Origin: Takakia lepidozioides
Lineage: Eukaryota; Plantae; Bryophyta
Reading direction: 5' to 3'
Assembly: GCA_030704615.1 (NCBI GenBank)
Contig: CM060732.1
Coordinates: forward strand, 21,514,001-21,578,000
DNA length: 64,000 bases
Positions within the stretch are counted from its first letter, which is position 1. Each line of letters starts with the position of its first letter. The position numbers were made by a program, and so were the translations under genes. Positions 1-12,623 of this stretch are shown here, piece after piece. The notes under the pieces are model-generated. The model saw only the letters and a program-made list of their open reading frames with translations. It made no database searches and was not told where the DNA came from.

Positions 1-120
1 AGGAAGGGGTGATGCCTGACAAGGTCACTGCACTTGTACTCTGCATGCGTGTGCAAGCCTAAGAACCCTGAAGAAAGGCAAAGGGATGCACGCTGACATC
101 ATCAGATCTGGAATTGATCA
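1..120 (+). pseudogene. Fragment of a PLS-class PPR gene (end of P motif and L motif), frameshifted and truncated
   Basis: Translates across a frameshift as EGVMPDKVT..CTLHACASLRTLKKGKGMHADIIRSGID, a typical L-type PPR motif; PPR similarity stops at about 120. Confidence 0.7.
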
Positions 121-751
121 TGTCAGTGATTGGATCCTGTAGAAGGTGTGTACAGATACTCCTGTACGCTGCTCTAACAGGGCTGAGCTCAAGATATCAA
201 CATCTAGATTGCAATCAGATGCTGTGCTTAGAGGTATTTCTCTTCGTGCCCTACCACCAAAAACCCTTGCTGGAAAGAAACACACCTTATGGGTCCCTTT
301 TTTGTGCTTCAGATTACTGTCATGGTGCTGAAAAGATACTTTCCACAGCACGTGCCCCAGTTTTAATTCCTGATTTGTGTCTCACCATTCCACATAAACC
401 AGGTGGCATACCGTTCTCACCCCTGCTTTCTTCAATGTTCACGAGGCATTCCAGCAGATTTGAAATCTGCTTCATACACGAATCCATTATCCATATTGCG
501 TACCGAAAAAACTTTCTGCACAACGGCACCATTCCGACCTGGTTCTGAACCAAAAGTAATGGTCTTTCAGATCTCATTCACGTAGTCTCAAGAATTTTCA
601 TGTATATCATGATCAGACTATCTACCAGAAACTATGTTTAGATTACTTGGCTGAGTACCCAACTGTTTGCTACCTTACCTTGATACAAATGTTTTACAGG
701 TGTCTTACATGCAATTGCAAAATACTGAAGTACAGTTGGACTCCAAGCCCT

Positions 752-850
752 AGCACCCAAGATATAACCTGAGTGTCAGATCAGACAAAAATAGTTTTGT
801 GCACCCAAGATATGACCAGAATGTCACATACAAAAATATTTTTAGTGTAC
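752..850 (+). repeat. Two-copy degenerate tandem duplication (~48 bp unit)
   Basis: gcacccaagatat(a/g)acc..gtca..acaaaaata.tttt occurs twice in tandem. Confidence 0.6.
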
Positions 851-1386
851 AAAGTGCTTTGTCATTAAACATAAACCCAAAGCTTATATTGTGCACAACC
901 AGAGTGCCTGACTGCTTGACCCAGTCCTAGTCAAAGTATATATTATATACCACTGTGAGAGCCCAGTAAACTCATTGAGAACTCTCTGATACCCCCCTTG
1001 CCAGTAAAGTGCAGCTAGCCTAGCAAGGTGCCCATTCTGAAATACAGAAAATTCTGGGGGATGTAGTGTATTATTGACCAAGATTTGTTGTTTCTTTTCC
1101 TTGTCATATTGTCCTGATGTCTTTGTTTTTATCTCATTTGCTCGACTCTAGCTGCTTTAGCTCATTTTTCAAGAAACCACCATCCAAGTCTGCTTCCCAT
1201 TCTATCAAAACTTGCCCGACAATCATTACACTAGTCAAATGAATATGGAATAAAATAAATGTTCATCTTTTCATAGAACTTGAATATACCCTATCTATCT
1301 GGACATCGTTCTCAGAAGTCGTCGCTAGTAGTTGGGAGCAACGCAAAGCCCTAGTTATTATTATCATTATTATGGATGGGGATGAT

Positions 1387-1545
1387 GACCAAGTTGTAGC
1401 CCAGTGGTAATGGGCACATACCACCTCGGAGGTGGTTGTGGGTTCAATCCACCGATTGGTGTCACAAAGGTGTCTACCTTCGTCAGCGGAAGGCAGTAAC
1501 CCTTCGGGGTAAAGAGACACCATAATTTACGATTCCTTCGGGAGG
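1387..1545 (+). mobile_element. tRNA-derived SINE-like element, copy 1
   Basis: Pol III A box (tagcccagtgg) and B box (ggttcaatcc), D-arm gccc/gggc, then a structured 3' domain at 1469-1521; homologous copy at 55306-55446. Confidence 0.7.
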
Positions 1546-1609
1546 TGTCAAATACTAAATATTTTTGAGTGGGGAAGAAGGGTGTCGGGCACACGGAAAG
1601 GGAAAGGCA

Positions 1610-2832
1610 TGTTAAATTTGAGAGAGAGATGTACATCACACACACATATTTGTATTACAGTAAGATGTGTATTTATACACTGTCAAAAGGTAAGACCTTT
1701 CAATATTCTAGAGGCATGACTCTTAAGGAATAGTCGTGTCCTTTGGTGGAAACCATTTGGTGTGCCTTTTGAAGTATGTAGTTGCTTATTTTCCAACACC
1801 CTCCCTCAACAAAATACTTCAAAAAACTATGAAATGTCATAAATGTTAAGACTGTGTTATTAAGCGTTGATGCTTTTAAGCCAGAGCCGCTGATAACCAC
1901 GACCAACTGTTTAGGATAGAGCCGCTGATGACCACGATCAGCCGTTCTTTCTAGACCGACGGTGAAGTTTAGAAACTTCCACCCTCCCTTAGAAAGCTCC
2001 TCCGCCTGTTTGGCTTCAAAATAATTGCATACACTTGTAACATCTGTAGTTACAATGTTAGCTGCCATCTTTCCATTTCTCTCATCATGTTGTTTCTTTC
2101 GACATTCTCGAGCCCAATATTAGGTTTATGACAACAATGACAATTGTCTTTTTGATTTTGTTTATGACTTGCAAATAAGGAACAAGCATAATCATGGTTA
2201 TTCATACTTTTTCTCTTTTGTAACTGCGTCTTTTGCTTGATAAATTATAACCAATTCATCCCAAGCCTCTTTTGAAGTCGAACTATTACTTATATGCATA
2301 ACTTGTGAGTTTTTAAGACATGAGGTGATAACATTTAGTGCTCTGATATCCTTTCGATCCTATGCATTTGCAGCATTCCCAGCACCAGTAGTAGTCGTAG
2401 TAGTACTAGAAGAAGTGGATGCAGTAGCAGGACGAATTTCACTCCCACCTACCACTAACCAAATTTGCTCTCTTTTAAGCCATAGACATACTCTATGTTT
2501 CCATAGATGGTAATCCTCTCCATCGATTTTTTCTATTTGTGCAGCAAAAGTTGCTGCCATCTTTCACTTGAGACAGCCTCCTTCTCTTATCTAGAGACGA
2601 CTCTCATTAGATCTCTATTAATCGGTTGAGCACTAGCTCTGATACCATGTTAAATTTGAGAGAAAGAGATGTATATCACACACATATTTGTATTATAATA
2701 AGATGTGTATTTATACACTATGAAAAGACCTTTCAATATTCTAGAGGTATGACTCTTAAGGAACAGTCGTGTCCTTTGATGGAAACCATTTGAAACTGCC
2801 TTTTGAAGTATACAGTTGCTTCTTTTCCAACA
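1610..2832 (-). mobile_element. Internally deleted Ty1/copia element retaining only a decayed gag (TR-GAG-like, ~1.2 kb)
   Basis: Direct repeats 1610-1798 and 2648-2832 (TG..CA); iMet PBS (gctctgatacca) at 2636-2647; PPT complement ccctccctc after 1798; TSD aggca/aggcg; gag N-terminus MAATFAAQIEKIDGEDYHLWKHRV at 2360-2560 and zinc-knuckle remnant near 2100-2150. Confidence 0.9.
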
Positions 2833-3009
2833 AGGCGGGCCCACAAGTGTCTAGGGCATTGGCGGGCAAGACCAAGCATCTAGTGGCGGGCCCAAACATT
2901 GGCCAGATGTGTGGAGTCTCACAAGGGGTGCGAGTGGGAGCAGGGAGGAAATTCTTGGGTACCATCTATCTACCTGGGTAGTAGGCTCTGTAAATTCACT
3001 GGACATTAA

Positions 3010-3977
3010 CCCTTAAGTGCCAAAACTCATTTTCAAGCACTTCAGGAAAAACATGACCCTGGCCCACATAAACTTTTTAATCTGGAGAATCTCTATGTCT
3101 CTGTAAAACTGACCGTTGGAATTACTTCCCACCTACCCCACCTCCTACCATAGTAAGATTCTTCAAAATCCAACAACCAAATCTGAAGATTATAAAGTGT
3201 AGAGTGGGGACAATAAAAACTCTTCCCTAAGAAATAGCCTATAGGTGAGAAAAAAAGCAGTTTTTTGCTCGTATTTGGGCAGTTTTTTTTTTTTTTTTTT
3301 TTTTAAGATGAAGAGTCATGGGCATCCACATGAAGTCCCCCAAAAAATTTGGGACCGATGATCAGCCAATGCCATCGCATCCTTAGGTTCCATGCCCAAG
3401 ACTTCAAATGGCACACCTATGTTATAGCCTGCAGGCCTAGGATATTTTGGAGCCATAGCCCGGAAGGGCACCGGGTTTGGGAGCTCCTCTGGCTACCAGG
3501 CCCTGCTTTCATGGGGGGCCCACTCCACCCTCAACCCTATCAAACCCCCGCCCTAGGTTTGGCCCTCCCCTCCTGTGTTCTAGAGCCCCGAACACTCCCT
3601 CCAGCCCGCCCTGCTATGGGCCCATGGTGTTGGCTAGACCTGCCATCCCGTCAATTTCAGGTTAGGACATAGGCCTGGAAATGCCCAGACATGCACCCGC
3701 TCCTTAGTGGGGTATCTATTACTCACCCTAACCTGACCGCAGTTGCCATGTCAGCAACTTGGGCATGTTAGGGGGGGCCAAAATGACCTGATCAAAAAGC
3801 TAAGTGTGCCCCCCTTCATATTGGTCCAGATGCCTGCCCCTTCAGGCATCGGCCAATTGGCCAATGCCATATCAAGGGGGACTTGATTACCTATCCAATG
3901 AGCCCAAATTTGGGCTAATCAGCCTTAACCACAGAAAGTTATGGTCAGTTACGTAAACCCAATAGACCACTTAAGGG
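3010..3977. mobile_element. Non-autonomous TIR element (MITE) with piggyBac-like ends
   Basis: TTAA|CCCTTAAGTG at 3006-3019 and CACTTAAGGG|TTAT at 3968-3981; no coding capacity inside. Confidence 0.55.
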
Positions 3978-4404
3978 TTATTGCTTGGCATTTTACTAGT
4001 TATATGGTTTGACCTGCAAGATTTTCCGCAATTTTCAGATAAATTGGTTGCAAAGAATGGCAGTCATTGATAGGGCCTAGGGGTCACAACAGAACATTTG
4101 GAGGTAGGTTTTAATATGGATCACTTGAAGAAGTATACAATATTTCATTTAGTATGACACTCTTGAAAGTTGCGCTGCACATTTTGACTGGAAGAAACAT
4201 TTGGTAGACGAAGGCCAAACGTCATGATATTCCAGATGCAAATCGAGATGTGGCCTCACTCCTACAGCGCGCACGGACCTTAGATTAGTCTCACAAAAGC
4301 GGGTTAGACAAATTAGCCCTGACCGCTAGGTAAGCAGTTGCAGTCATACACCAAAATGTTACTGAAACTCCAGTGAACAATGATGGGGTATTGCACCCGG
4401 CCAC

Positions 4405-5700
4405 TGTATAAATTATTGATAGCTTTATAGATATTATGAGGAACTCTCCCAGCCATAGAAGTCTCATTTTTAGTTAGTTATGTGCTTCACCCCCGAGCTT
4501 CCTTTCCTAAAGAGCTACTTGTCTCTTCACATAAGATTTATAGAGTCATGTCCTATGCCTACTCATATCTGTTCTTTCTAATCTGTCTATTCAGATATCA
4601 TCTAACTGATCTACTTTTCATACTTCCAATACTCCCACTAAGTTGATCAGCTAGATCTTGTCTTCTTCTTCACTCGTAGCCTCCTTCAAATTCTCACTAA
4701 CTCCTGCTGCTTCTCGGCACCAGTTATGTTTGTCTTTCGAAAGTACTTTGGTGAAGGCATCTGCAATCGTTTCTTCAGTTGAACAATATTGTAGCACTAC
4801 CTCTTTAGAGGTCACCTTCTCCTTGATAAAATGATAATAAATTTTGATATGCTTGGTACGCGCATGATAATTGGGATTAAGTGTAAGTGCAATTGTACTT
4901 TGGTTATCACAGTATAAAACTGTAGACCGTTCTTGTACTGCTTCTTTCTTGTGCTTCTCCCATCTGCCAACAATGATCGAAGCCAAATGGCTTCTTTCGC
5001 TGTATGTGTCGCCGCCATATACTCGGCCTCCGTACTTGAGAGAACGATGGTGTTTTGTCTCTTGCTGCTCTTTCCCTTCATCACAGACTATATCCCTACT
5101 TATAACCATTTTCTTTGTTATTGGGTTGTATAATTTGTAACCTTTGGTTGTAGTGCTATAACCAATTAGAGTACACTTCTCACTTTGGGGATCAAACTTT
5201 CGTCTTTTTTCTTTCGGTATAAGTGTGTAAGCATCACACCCAAATACTCGCAAGTGAGATATAGACGGTTTGTTCCCAGTCCACATCTCTCTTGGAGTTT
5301 TCCCTTCCATTGCCACTGTAGGGGACATATTTTTGACGTAAGAGGCTGTTGCCACTGCTTCTGCCCAGAATATATTGCTTAATTTAGACTCTTGCAACAT
5401 ACTTATTGCACTCTCCACTAATGTGCGGTTCTTGCGCTCTACCACACCGTTTTGCTCGGGAGTATATGGAACAGTGAATCGCCTCACAATTCCATTGTCC
5501 TTACAAACTAGGTTGAAAGCATTGGAAGTGTACTCTCCACCGTTGTCACTTCGCAAGACTTTCAACACCTTATCAGTTTGTTTTTTTGCCATCAATTTAT
5601 ATTCTTTAAAATATGACAGTATTTCACTCTTCTGTTTGAGAAAATACACATCTGTCGTTCTGTTGTGGTCATCAATGAAGGTTAGAAAGTATTGGGCTCT
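4405..5700 (-). mobile_element. 3' half of a Ty1/copia element: integrase joined to RNase H (RT deleted), PPT and 3' LTR
   Basis: ORF 4651-5649 has integrase (LRSDNGGEY, PEQNGVVERKNRTL) followed directly by RNase H (SSTEAEY in the adjacent frame, YCDNQS, ADAFTK); PPT complement ctcccact 4632-4639; LTR 4405-4631 is the reverse complement of LTR 18281-18521. Confidence 0.92.
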
Positions 5701-6610
5701 GGCACACTCGCCTCGCCACCGATGCCCAAATCAGACATACTCTCAAATTTCGATACGCCCAATACATGGGTCACCAGCGCAAACACGTCTTTTGGCCCCG
5801 CCTTTATCCCTCTCCAAACTGCCGCTTTGTGCTAGCCTTCACTCGGCTCGGACACTTGGTCACACCTTCTCAGTCAATGTACACACCCTGTCATCCATGG
5901 CCTCCGTATTACCCGGCATAATCAAGCTGTCTGGCACATTCACAAACTACTCTTATGCCGCCCTCAGACACGCTGGTTTTCACTCATCAATGCCGGAACC
6001 TACTAGGAGAGGCCCCCTGACCATACAGTACCCCACTGGCTCCTACCCTGTACATGCAGACCGGCTACCCCCCGCACTTGCCCAGCCAGACTCTGTCCAG
6101 ACATACTTCTAGTACACGGGCTACCCATAGACACCCCACCGCCCAATTCCCTGTCCTCCAACCTTACCATACACTTTATTGAATTTACATATTGTAACGA
6201 CCGCTACCCCGGCCCATCCACATTGGAAAAACGCCAAAAATATGCCCCACTCATTTTAGCCCTTCGCCGCCGTGGCTGGTCCACAGGCCTTCTCACGGTC
6301 ATAACGTCCGGAACCAGAGGCGGCATTCACAACGCCAGAATCTGTGCCCTCCACAAATATCTTTAACCTTCTTATCACCCCTATCCATAAATGCTTCAAA
6401 GATATCCACCTGAACGCGCTACGCTCCCTCACTGCTATTATCACTAACAAAAGACAGCTTGAAAACCACATCTCATAGGCCTATTTGTCACCATGGGTTA
6501 CGGGGTGCCCTCCGGGCACCCACTAGTTTTATAGGGCCCACCCTTGAAAGGGGGCAGTAGCCGTAAGGCGAAGTGGCTCTTAGTTATGCCGGCCCCGGCC
6601 GGAGTCATCT
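5700..6610 (+). mobile_element. 3' end of a Dualen/RandI-like LINE: CCHC zinc knuckle, restriction-like endonuclease and structured 3' UTR
   Basis: Frameshifted translation LKFRYAQYMG..NCRF..DTWSHLLSQCTH..RHNQAV..RLCPDILLV..IEFTYCNDR..KRQKYAPL..ITSGTRGG is an RLE-type C-terminus; hairpins at 6503-6580. Confidence 0.8.
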
Positions 6611-6639
6611 CTCTGGAAGTATGGCACTTCCTATGGTGT

Positions 6640-8050
6640 ATAGGCTAGTGGAGCAAGCCATTCCGAGACCAATCACACGCAATAATGACGGAGATTTGTG
6701 TTCTCATTCTGGGGATGATGAGGTTCATTTGATTTCTGAACCGGTAATTCAAGCGATGGTGATGAATGAGAGGAAGTCGTCTCTGAAAGACCAATTAGTG
6801 GAGCATGCTAAACAATTTTGTGCGCTGATTGACAAGATGAAGGATGAAGCGGTATGGAACCAGTAGTTGGAGGTCTTGGAGGACAAAGCCAAGAAAAGAG
6901 AAGAAGACATCACTGACTTATGCACACTGATGGAAGAACAAAATGTGGTCCATGCGAGATACATTGAAATATGGAAGGAGGAAAAAGACAAGTGGGAAAT
7001 GGAGAACCAAAAACTTGTAGCCACGGTGGAGGAAATGAAAATGAAGGAAGTTCAAGTAGCTACATTGGATGGAATCCCAGAAGAGAGAGGCAGATTTGAA
7101 AGAGACTGTCAAGGCCTTGAATGAGACAAACATGGCTTGGAACAACAATGCTCAAGTGGAAGACCAACGGTGCTAGACGAGAACGTTGAGGTAGATCGAC
7201 TGAAACAACAATTAGTAACTTAAAAGGTTAAGTGGGATGCGGACATTAACAAGATGAGAGACAAATTTTCTCTATATCGCAAGGCTAAGAAGGAAAGGAG
7301 AAGAGTTTCCAAGTACAAGAACCATTTGGACAATGACAAAGTGAAGCAGAGTTTCTCATGGCTGAGAGGATACTACAGTTCAAATCCAGCATGGTTGCCA
7401 CTTATTCGTTGAGTCAAGGGTATGAGTGGATGAGACGCTCATAAGAGCCACATTGGGGCCAGAAATCTTGGGAGAATCGGTGGACTTTGCTCGAGAATGG
7501 AATAAATGTCGATCCTTGGGCCAACAGAACCTACTTGTAGAGATGTTTGTGAGGGGGGATGTGAAGGTGGAGTATCCTTCGATGGTGTTGACATGCGTTG
7601 GAGATTTGGCCACATGATGTTTCTTGTATTACAACGAATTAGAAGAATGGTTGCATGTGCAAGCTAGGGCCACCCATAAGGAATGGGGTTGGAAAAGATC
7701 GATGGTCATACAACAGTTGATTGAAGCAATGGTAATCCCCATTGACAAGTCTTTCAAGAAGTGGCAAGATCAGTTGAAGGAATTGCATGCTACCGCGATC
7801 GTTTACAGACAATGGTGATACAATGTTATGGGAAATGTAAGAAACGAGGATCGGTTGACAAGTGCATGGGTTGGCATATGCTTTATTTGGTGAAAGAGCA
7901 TTGGAACAATTGGGACGATGGTGTAAGACCAAGCGATGGAATGAAGTGTTTGTGCAAGGATGAGAAGAATATTTGGTACTAAAGAACCCGGAGGTGGAGA
8001 CCACAATCAACGTAAGCCTCCGTGAACAATATGGTCCAAATTTCATATGT
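6640..8050 (+). pseudogene. Decayed coiled-coil-rich ORF, probably a retroelement accessory gene
   Basis: Collinear stop-interrupted ORFs rich in E/K heptads (6867-7124, 7426-7818); family not recognised. Confidence 0.4.
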
Positions 8051-8859
8051 CATGACTCCATGGTGCGGAGAGCTAAACTATTCATGTCATTTTTTAGTAT
8101 TTACATAGGCATTTAAGGAAACAATAGAAGCAAGAATATTCCCGATAGAGTGGCGTATTTTTCCATTCACTCGAGAAATCCTTCGTGGGACCTATTCCAT
8201 TCTCCACTCGCTCATGATAGCCAATTCAAGCATCATTGAGTCTTTTCCCTTAGTGGTCCGCCTTTCTTTCTCTTGTTCTTGGGATTTTGATGATTCTCAT
8301 TTCTCTCTCCGGAGCCTTACTTGCTTTGCGTCTCTAATCTTTGCCTCTTCCTCTACTTCCTTTATGCTTTGTTGGATTTTCTACTCCTTCTAAGCTTATT
8401 CCCTAAAGACATCAACTTCTCTCACAAATTGTATTATCATTAATCCCAAGGACGGGATAAATATCACGAGAGGTGGAATGTGTCAATTTTTAGTCAAGGT
8501 GTCAATTTCAATATTTGTAACTAATTAATATGAACTTCCAATTTCTTACATCCATTCATAATTATCTTTAAGGGTGGTTATCTTAATAATTCGGTTATTT
8601 ATCTATTTTAGAATTATATCCAAAATTATTTATTTATTTAAGTATTCTTATAGGGTGGGTGAGGCGGTTAAGAGGAAATATTGTCATGGTGTTGAGAGAG
8701 GAGAGATGTAGTGTGCTTGATAGAAGTGGGCATGCTGCCCTTGTTGAAGATGTTCTATTGTGATAATGCCTATGTTGAGTTGGCATTTTAAGTGTGTCTG
8801 CTCGAGAAATAGTGTTAGAGGCCAAGAAAGCTACCAAAGATGGGAATAATCATGACGGT

Positions 8860-9400
8860 GTCATTGGATTCCGTCAATGTTAAAGTTCTTATGTTTGGAG
8901 GGCCTGAAAGAGTGGAGAAATGGCATATTGCGTGATTGTTAAAGTTTATATAAATGATTCCAAGGATATCAGATTCTTCAACTAAGTTGGCAACATAATT
9001 TATGCAAAATTGTAACCCAGTAGAGGGTACACGTTATGCTCAATAAAAGGAGATATTGGTCACCTCAAAGTCTATGCAAGAAGCCTTATTGCTACCCATA
9101 TCCTCAGATGAGGTTGAGATTAAGAAAAACACTATAATGGATTCTAATGAGTTCTACAACTCAAAAAGACCACTAAAAGGGCAAGGCTGGAAAATATCTG
9201 ATGCCAAGTACCTGTATTTTTTTTTATTTTTTTATTTTTCGCCAAGTACATGTACTAATGAAATGGCTGAAATGTGTGAACCGAATATTGGCATTGAAGT
9301 AATTAAGAGACACCTACTTGGCTCTTAAATTATTAGATGCCGACATTGGATACTTATTGGGTGTTGCTATAATTGGGTGGCTTCTGCAGGGGTACAAGAA
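8860..9400 (+). pseudogene. Decayed retroelement accessory ORF (plant-mobile-domain-like), homologous to 37696-38460
   Basis: FMQNCNPVEG..ILVTSKSMQEALLLPI..GWKISDA..YNW aligns with FMHNYNTTDG..ILVNAEMLHKIMFLPI..GWKVAEA..YNWAEF at 37.7-38.4 kb. Confidence 0.55.
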
Positions 9401-9909
9401 GTGATTACACCATTGATCATGATGAGTTTGTGATGGGCCCATACATATAACTATTGCCCCTCTGGCTCTTCCACTCCAATTGTACATAACCCCCTCAAGG
9501 TATACCTCCTCCAGCCTACCTATACCCCTAGCCTCTATGCCTTCCCAACAATCTATCTATTATAATCCACTCTTATCTTTAGTGATGACCCTCCTATTAC
9601 AGAGGTGTCAAGTCCCCATCTAAATTTATTACTCTTTCATCTTTCGGCCTTCGCTGACTTATAGTTGTTCTATAATGAAAAAATTCCTTCAGAAAACTGT
9701 AATCCAACGGTTTTGGATTATAAAAACATTTTTCATACCTTATTTTATTGTATTTTCACAGTCAGCCAGTCTTGCGGGCTGCACTAGTGGGAGAATTACC
9801 CCAACCTGTCTTCTTTGGTATTATTTTGATAAAATGTCTACTACTCCGTCTACCTCTAGGTGTGGTAGAAATAAAACACAATCCAAAATATGTGAATTTT
9901 CATGAGAGT

Positions 9910-11480
9910 GTTCCTCCTCAGACAGATTCGTTGTCATACTTAGAGGCTCATTCTTGCTCTGATTCTCAATTTTGGATAGCAGCTATTAATTCAAATTATA
10001 CTCTTTTGTGAAGAATGAGACTTGGGATTTAGTGGACTTATCCTCTGATAGGAAACCCATCAACTATAAATGGATTTTTACGATTAAATTGAAAGCCGAT
10101 GGTTCAGTTGAGAGATATAAAGCTGGCTAGTGGCCAAGGGTTACTCCCAAGTGCCCAGACTAGACTATCATGATACCTTTTCGTCGGTGGTCAAGATTAC
10201 CTCAGTACATACTTTGTTATATTAGCATTAACTGATATACATAACTGGGATATCCATCAGATGGATGTCAAAAAGGCTTTCCTACATGGCATCTTGAAAG
10301 AAGAATATACATGTGTCAGTCTGATGGTTTTATTCAACTTGGCAACAAAACCAAAGTGTGTTGATTGAAATGTAGCATACATGGCCTTAAGCAAGCTCCC
10401 ATGGTATGGTATAAGCAAATAGATACTGATCTTAATGCAATTGGCTTCTCATGCACTCATTCAGATTCAAATATTTATGTTAAGAGTCTTCAAAATTCTC
10501 TTATCATATTAGCATTATATGTAGATAATGCTTTACTTTTCAGTAACAATCATCAATTACTCATGGAAAGATTGGTTGAAAGCCGCATATGAGATGACAA
10601 ATAATGGCTCCGTCCACTATAGTTTGGGTATCCAAGTTGATCATGATTTCTCACTTGACAATGTTACATTAACACATAAATACTATATTCTGAATATTTT
10701 GCAACGTTTTCATATGGCTGAAAGCAAGCCTATGGGTACTCCCTTGGAGGTTAATACCAAACTTTCTCGCAAGGAGTCTCCAACCAATGATGAAGCTCGC
10801 AAGCTATGCTGCATATTCCATATCAATAGGCTGTTAGCTGTCTCACTTACACTATGGTTTGTACACGTCTTGACTTGGCGTTTGCGATGGTGGAAGTATA
10901 AGTGCAGTATTCCGCCAATCTTGACCGAGTCATTGGCTAGCAGTAATACGTATTTTTTGATATATTAAAGGTACCATTAACTTTGGCATTATATATTCCT
11001 TAAAGACACCAAATCTTCTAGTATTTTTGGGATATTGTGATGCAGATGGGCAAGGGACATACATGGCAGAAAATCCAGTACATGATATACATATATTCTT
11101 AGTGGTGGTACTATCAGTTGGACAAGTAAATGTCAAAATACTGTAGATCTCTCCAGTACTGAACGTGAGTACAATGCAACAACAGAAGCAACCAAAGAAG
11201 TCGTATGGCTTCGACAATTATTACATGAATTTCATCATACTCAAACATCTACAACTATTTACAATGTGATAATGAAAGTAATATTACCCTATCTAGAGAT
11301 CAAGTTTTCATGCATGAACTAAGTATATAGAGATACAATTTCATTATATTCGAGAAGTTCAAACACAAGGAGTGGTGAAGTTGTTGTATTGTTCAACAGA
11401 GGATAACATTTCAGATATTTTTACTAAAGCTTTGATGAAAGTCAAACATGAAAAGTTTAAAGCTGGACTTGGCCTTGGCA
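9910..11480 (+). mobile_element. Decayed Ty1/copia RT-RNase H fragment
   Basis: ETWDLV, IHQMDVKKAFLHG, GLKQAP, LALYVDN, DIFTKAL motifs with stops and frameshifts. Confidence 0.9.
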
Positions 11481-11483
11481 CCA

Positions 11484-11857
11484 TTGTATCTATGTTTTCT
11501 GTGAATATACTAGAGAATGAGCCCATCATCTTTCTTATTAAAAAGAGAATGTTCATCTCTATCTTTTCCTGTAAAGCTATGATACCATCCAAGAAATTAC
11601 ACAGGATCTACTCCCATGAGAGAGCGGAGAAAAACATTGATCTAGATATATCTTCTGTAATAATAATTACACTTCTAGAGCTTTTTGTACTTTGTATTAA
11701 GAAGACAAAGAACTTAGCTACAACTGTTTAAAGTAACCGTTGCCAGTCGCTGTAGACGTAATCCTCATTACACATCACACTCCAAGAGTTGTGTCTAAAT
11801 ATTCATCATATCAGAGGAAACCTAGACTTATGGATGAGATTATTTGTCCCTTCAATA
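11484..11857 (-). mobile_element. Truncated 5' end (LTR, PBS, 5' UTR) of a copia related to the 12624-17771 element
   Basis: Aligns with 17387-17771, including gagaatgagcccatcatctttctta, a degenerate PBS (gctatgatacca) and the LTR body. Confidence 0.85.
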
Positions 11858-12623
11858 ACGCGGTACTCACAAGTGGAGAAACAAACTTGCACGGTGATGA
11901 GATAGGTACACTGCAGCTGCTCCTTCACCACAACTTCCCTCCTCTTCCCCGCGCCTCCAGCCACAAGTTACGATCTTACCATTGTGTCCACAATATATAT
12001 AACTGCATGCAACTGTCGGTGTGTGACACAATAAAGATGCTTCTTTAACTACTTTCTAACAAGACACACGACATAAATCGAGTTGTATAAACACTGTCAG
12101 GATGCTTCTTCTCCTGCTCTATCTACGGACAGGTGCATTCAGGACGGTGCACACAACCCATGTGAAATGAAGGCTCTTTGGATACATCTAGATATGAGTG
12201 CTGAGAAAGATGGAAAAACGGGCGCAAAATCCTGGTCTGAAATAATTCCGTTACATACCCCGTTCCCCAGAACTCCTAACCAGTTACTCTGTTCCCAAAC
12301 TCACAAGAAACAACTGGTTCATCAAAGACCAAGAGTACCGATGAGAGACCCTTGACTTTCTGCACACCGGTACCACCACGTACACCTCTGGATAATTTCC
12401 CCAGAAACAAAAACCTAATCCACCTGCCATCACCTCAACGCATGCAGATGCATCTCCACCTCCCACCACTAGCTCAACTGCACTTTCTCATCAAGTTCTC
12501 CCACCAACATTGCAATCAAAACAAACTAAAATGCCCGACAGCACAATGCAAGGCAAGACAAAAACGTACCCGCTTCTCCGACATCGGAAAGCGAATGCCG
12601 GAAACTTGCCGTTATTTACCGAC

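Noticed and set aside
1387-1463. Functional tRNA gene
   Set aside because: No 7-nt anticodon loop, imperfect acceptor stem, and it is fused to a tail shared with a dispersed copy
1469-1521. Hammerhead ribozyme
   Set aside because: Three-way junction lacks the CUGANGA core
5375-6112. 245-aa plus-strand ORF
   Set aside because: Antisense copia integrase running across the inversion junction into an off-frame LINE segment
11860-12620. Possible host gene fragments flanking the full copia (also 17780-18280)
   Set aside because: Translations are short, stop-interrupted and unrecognised
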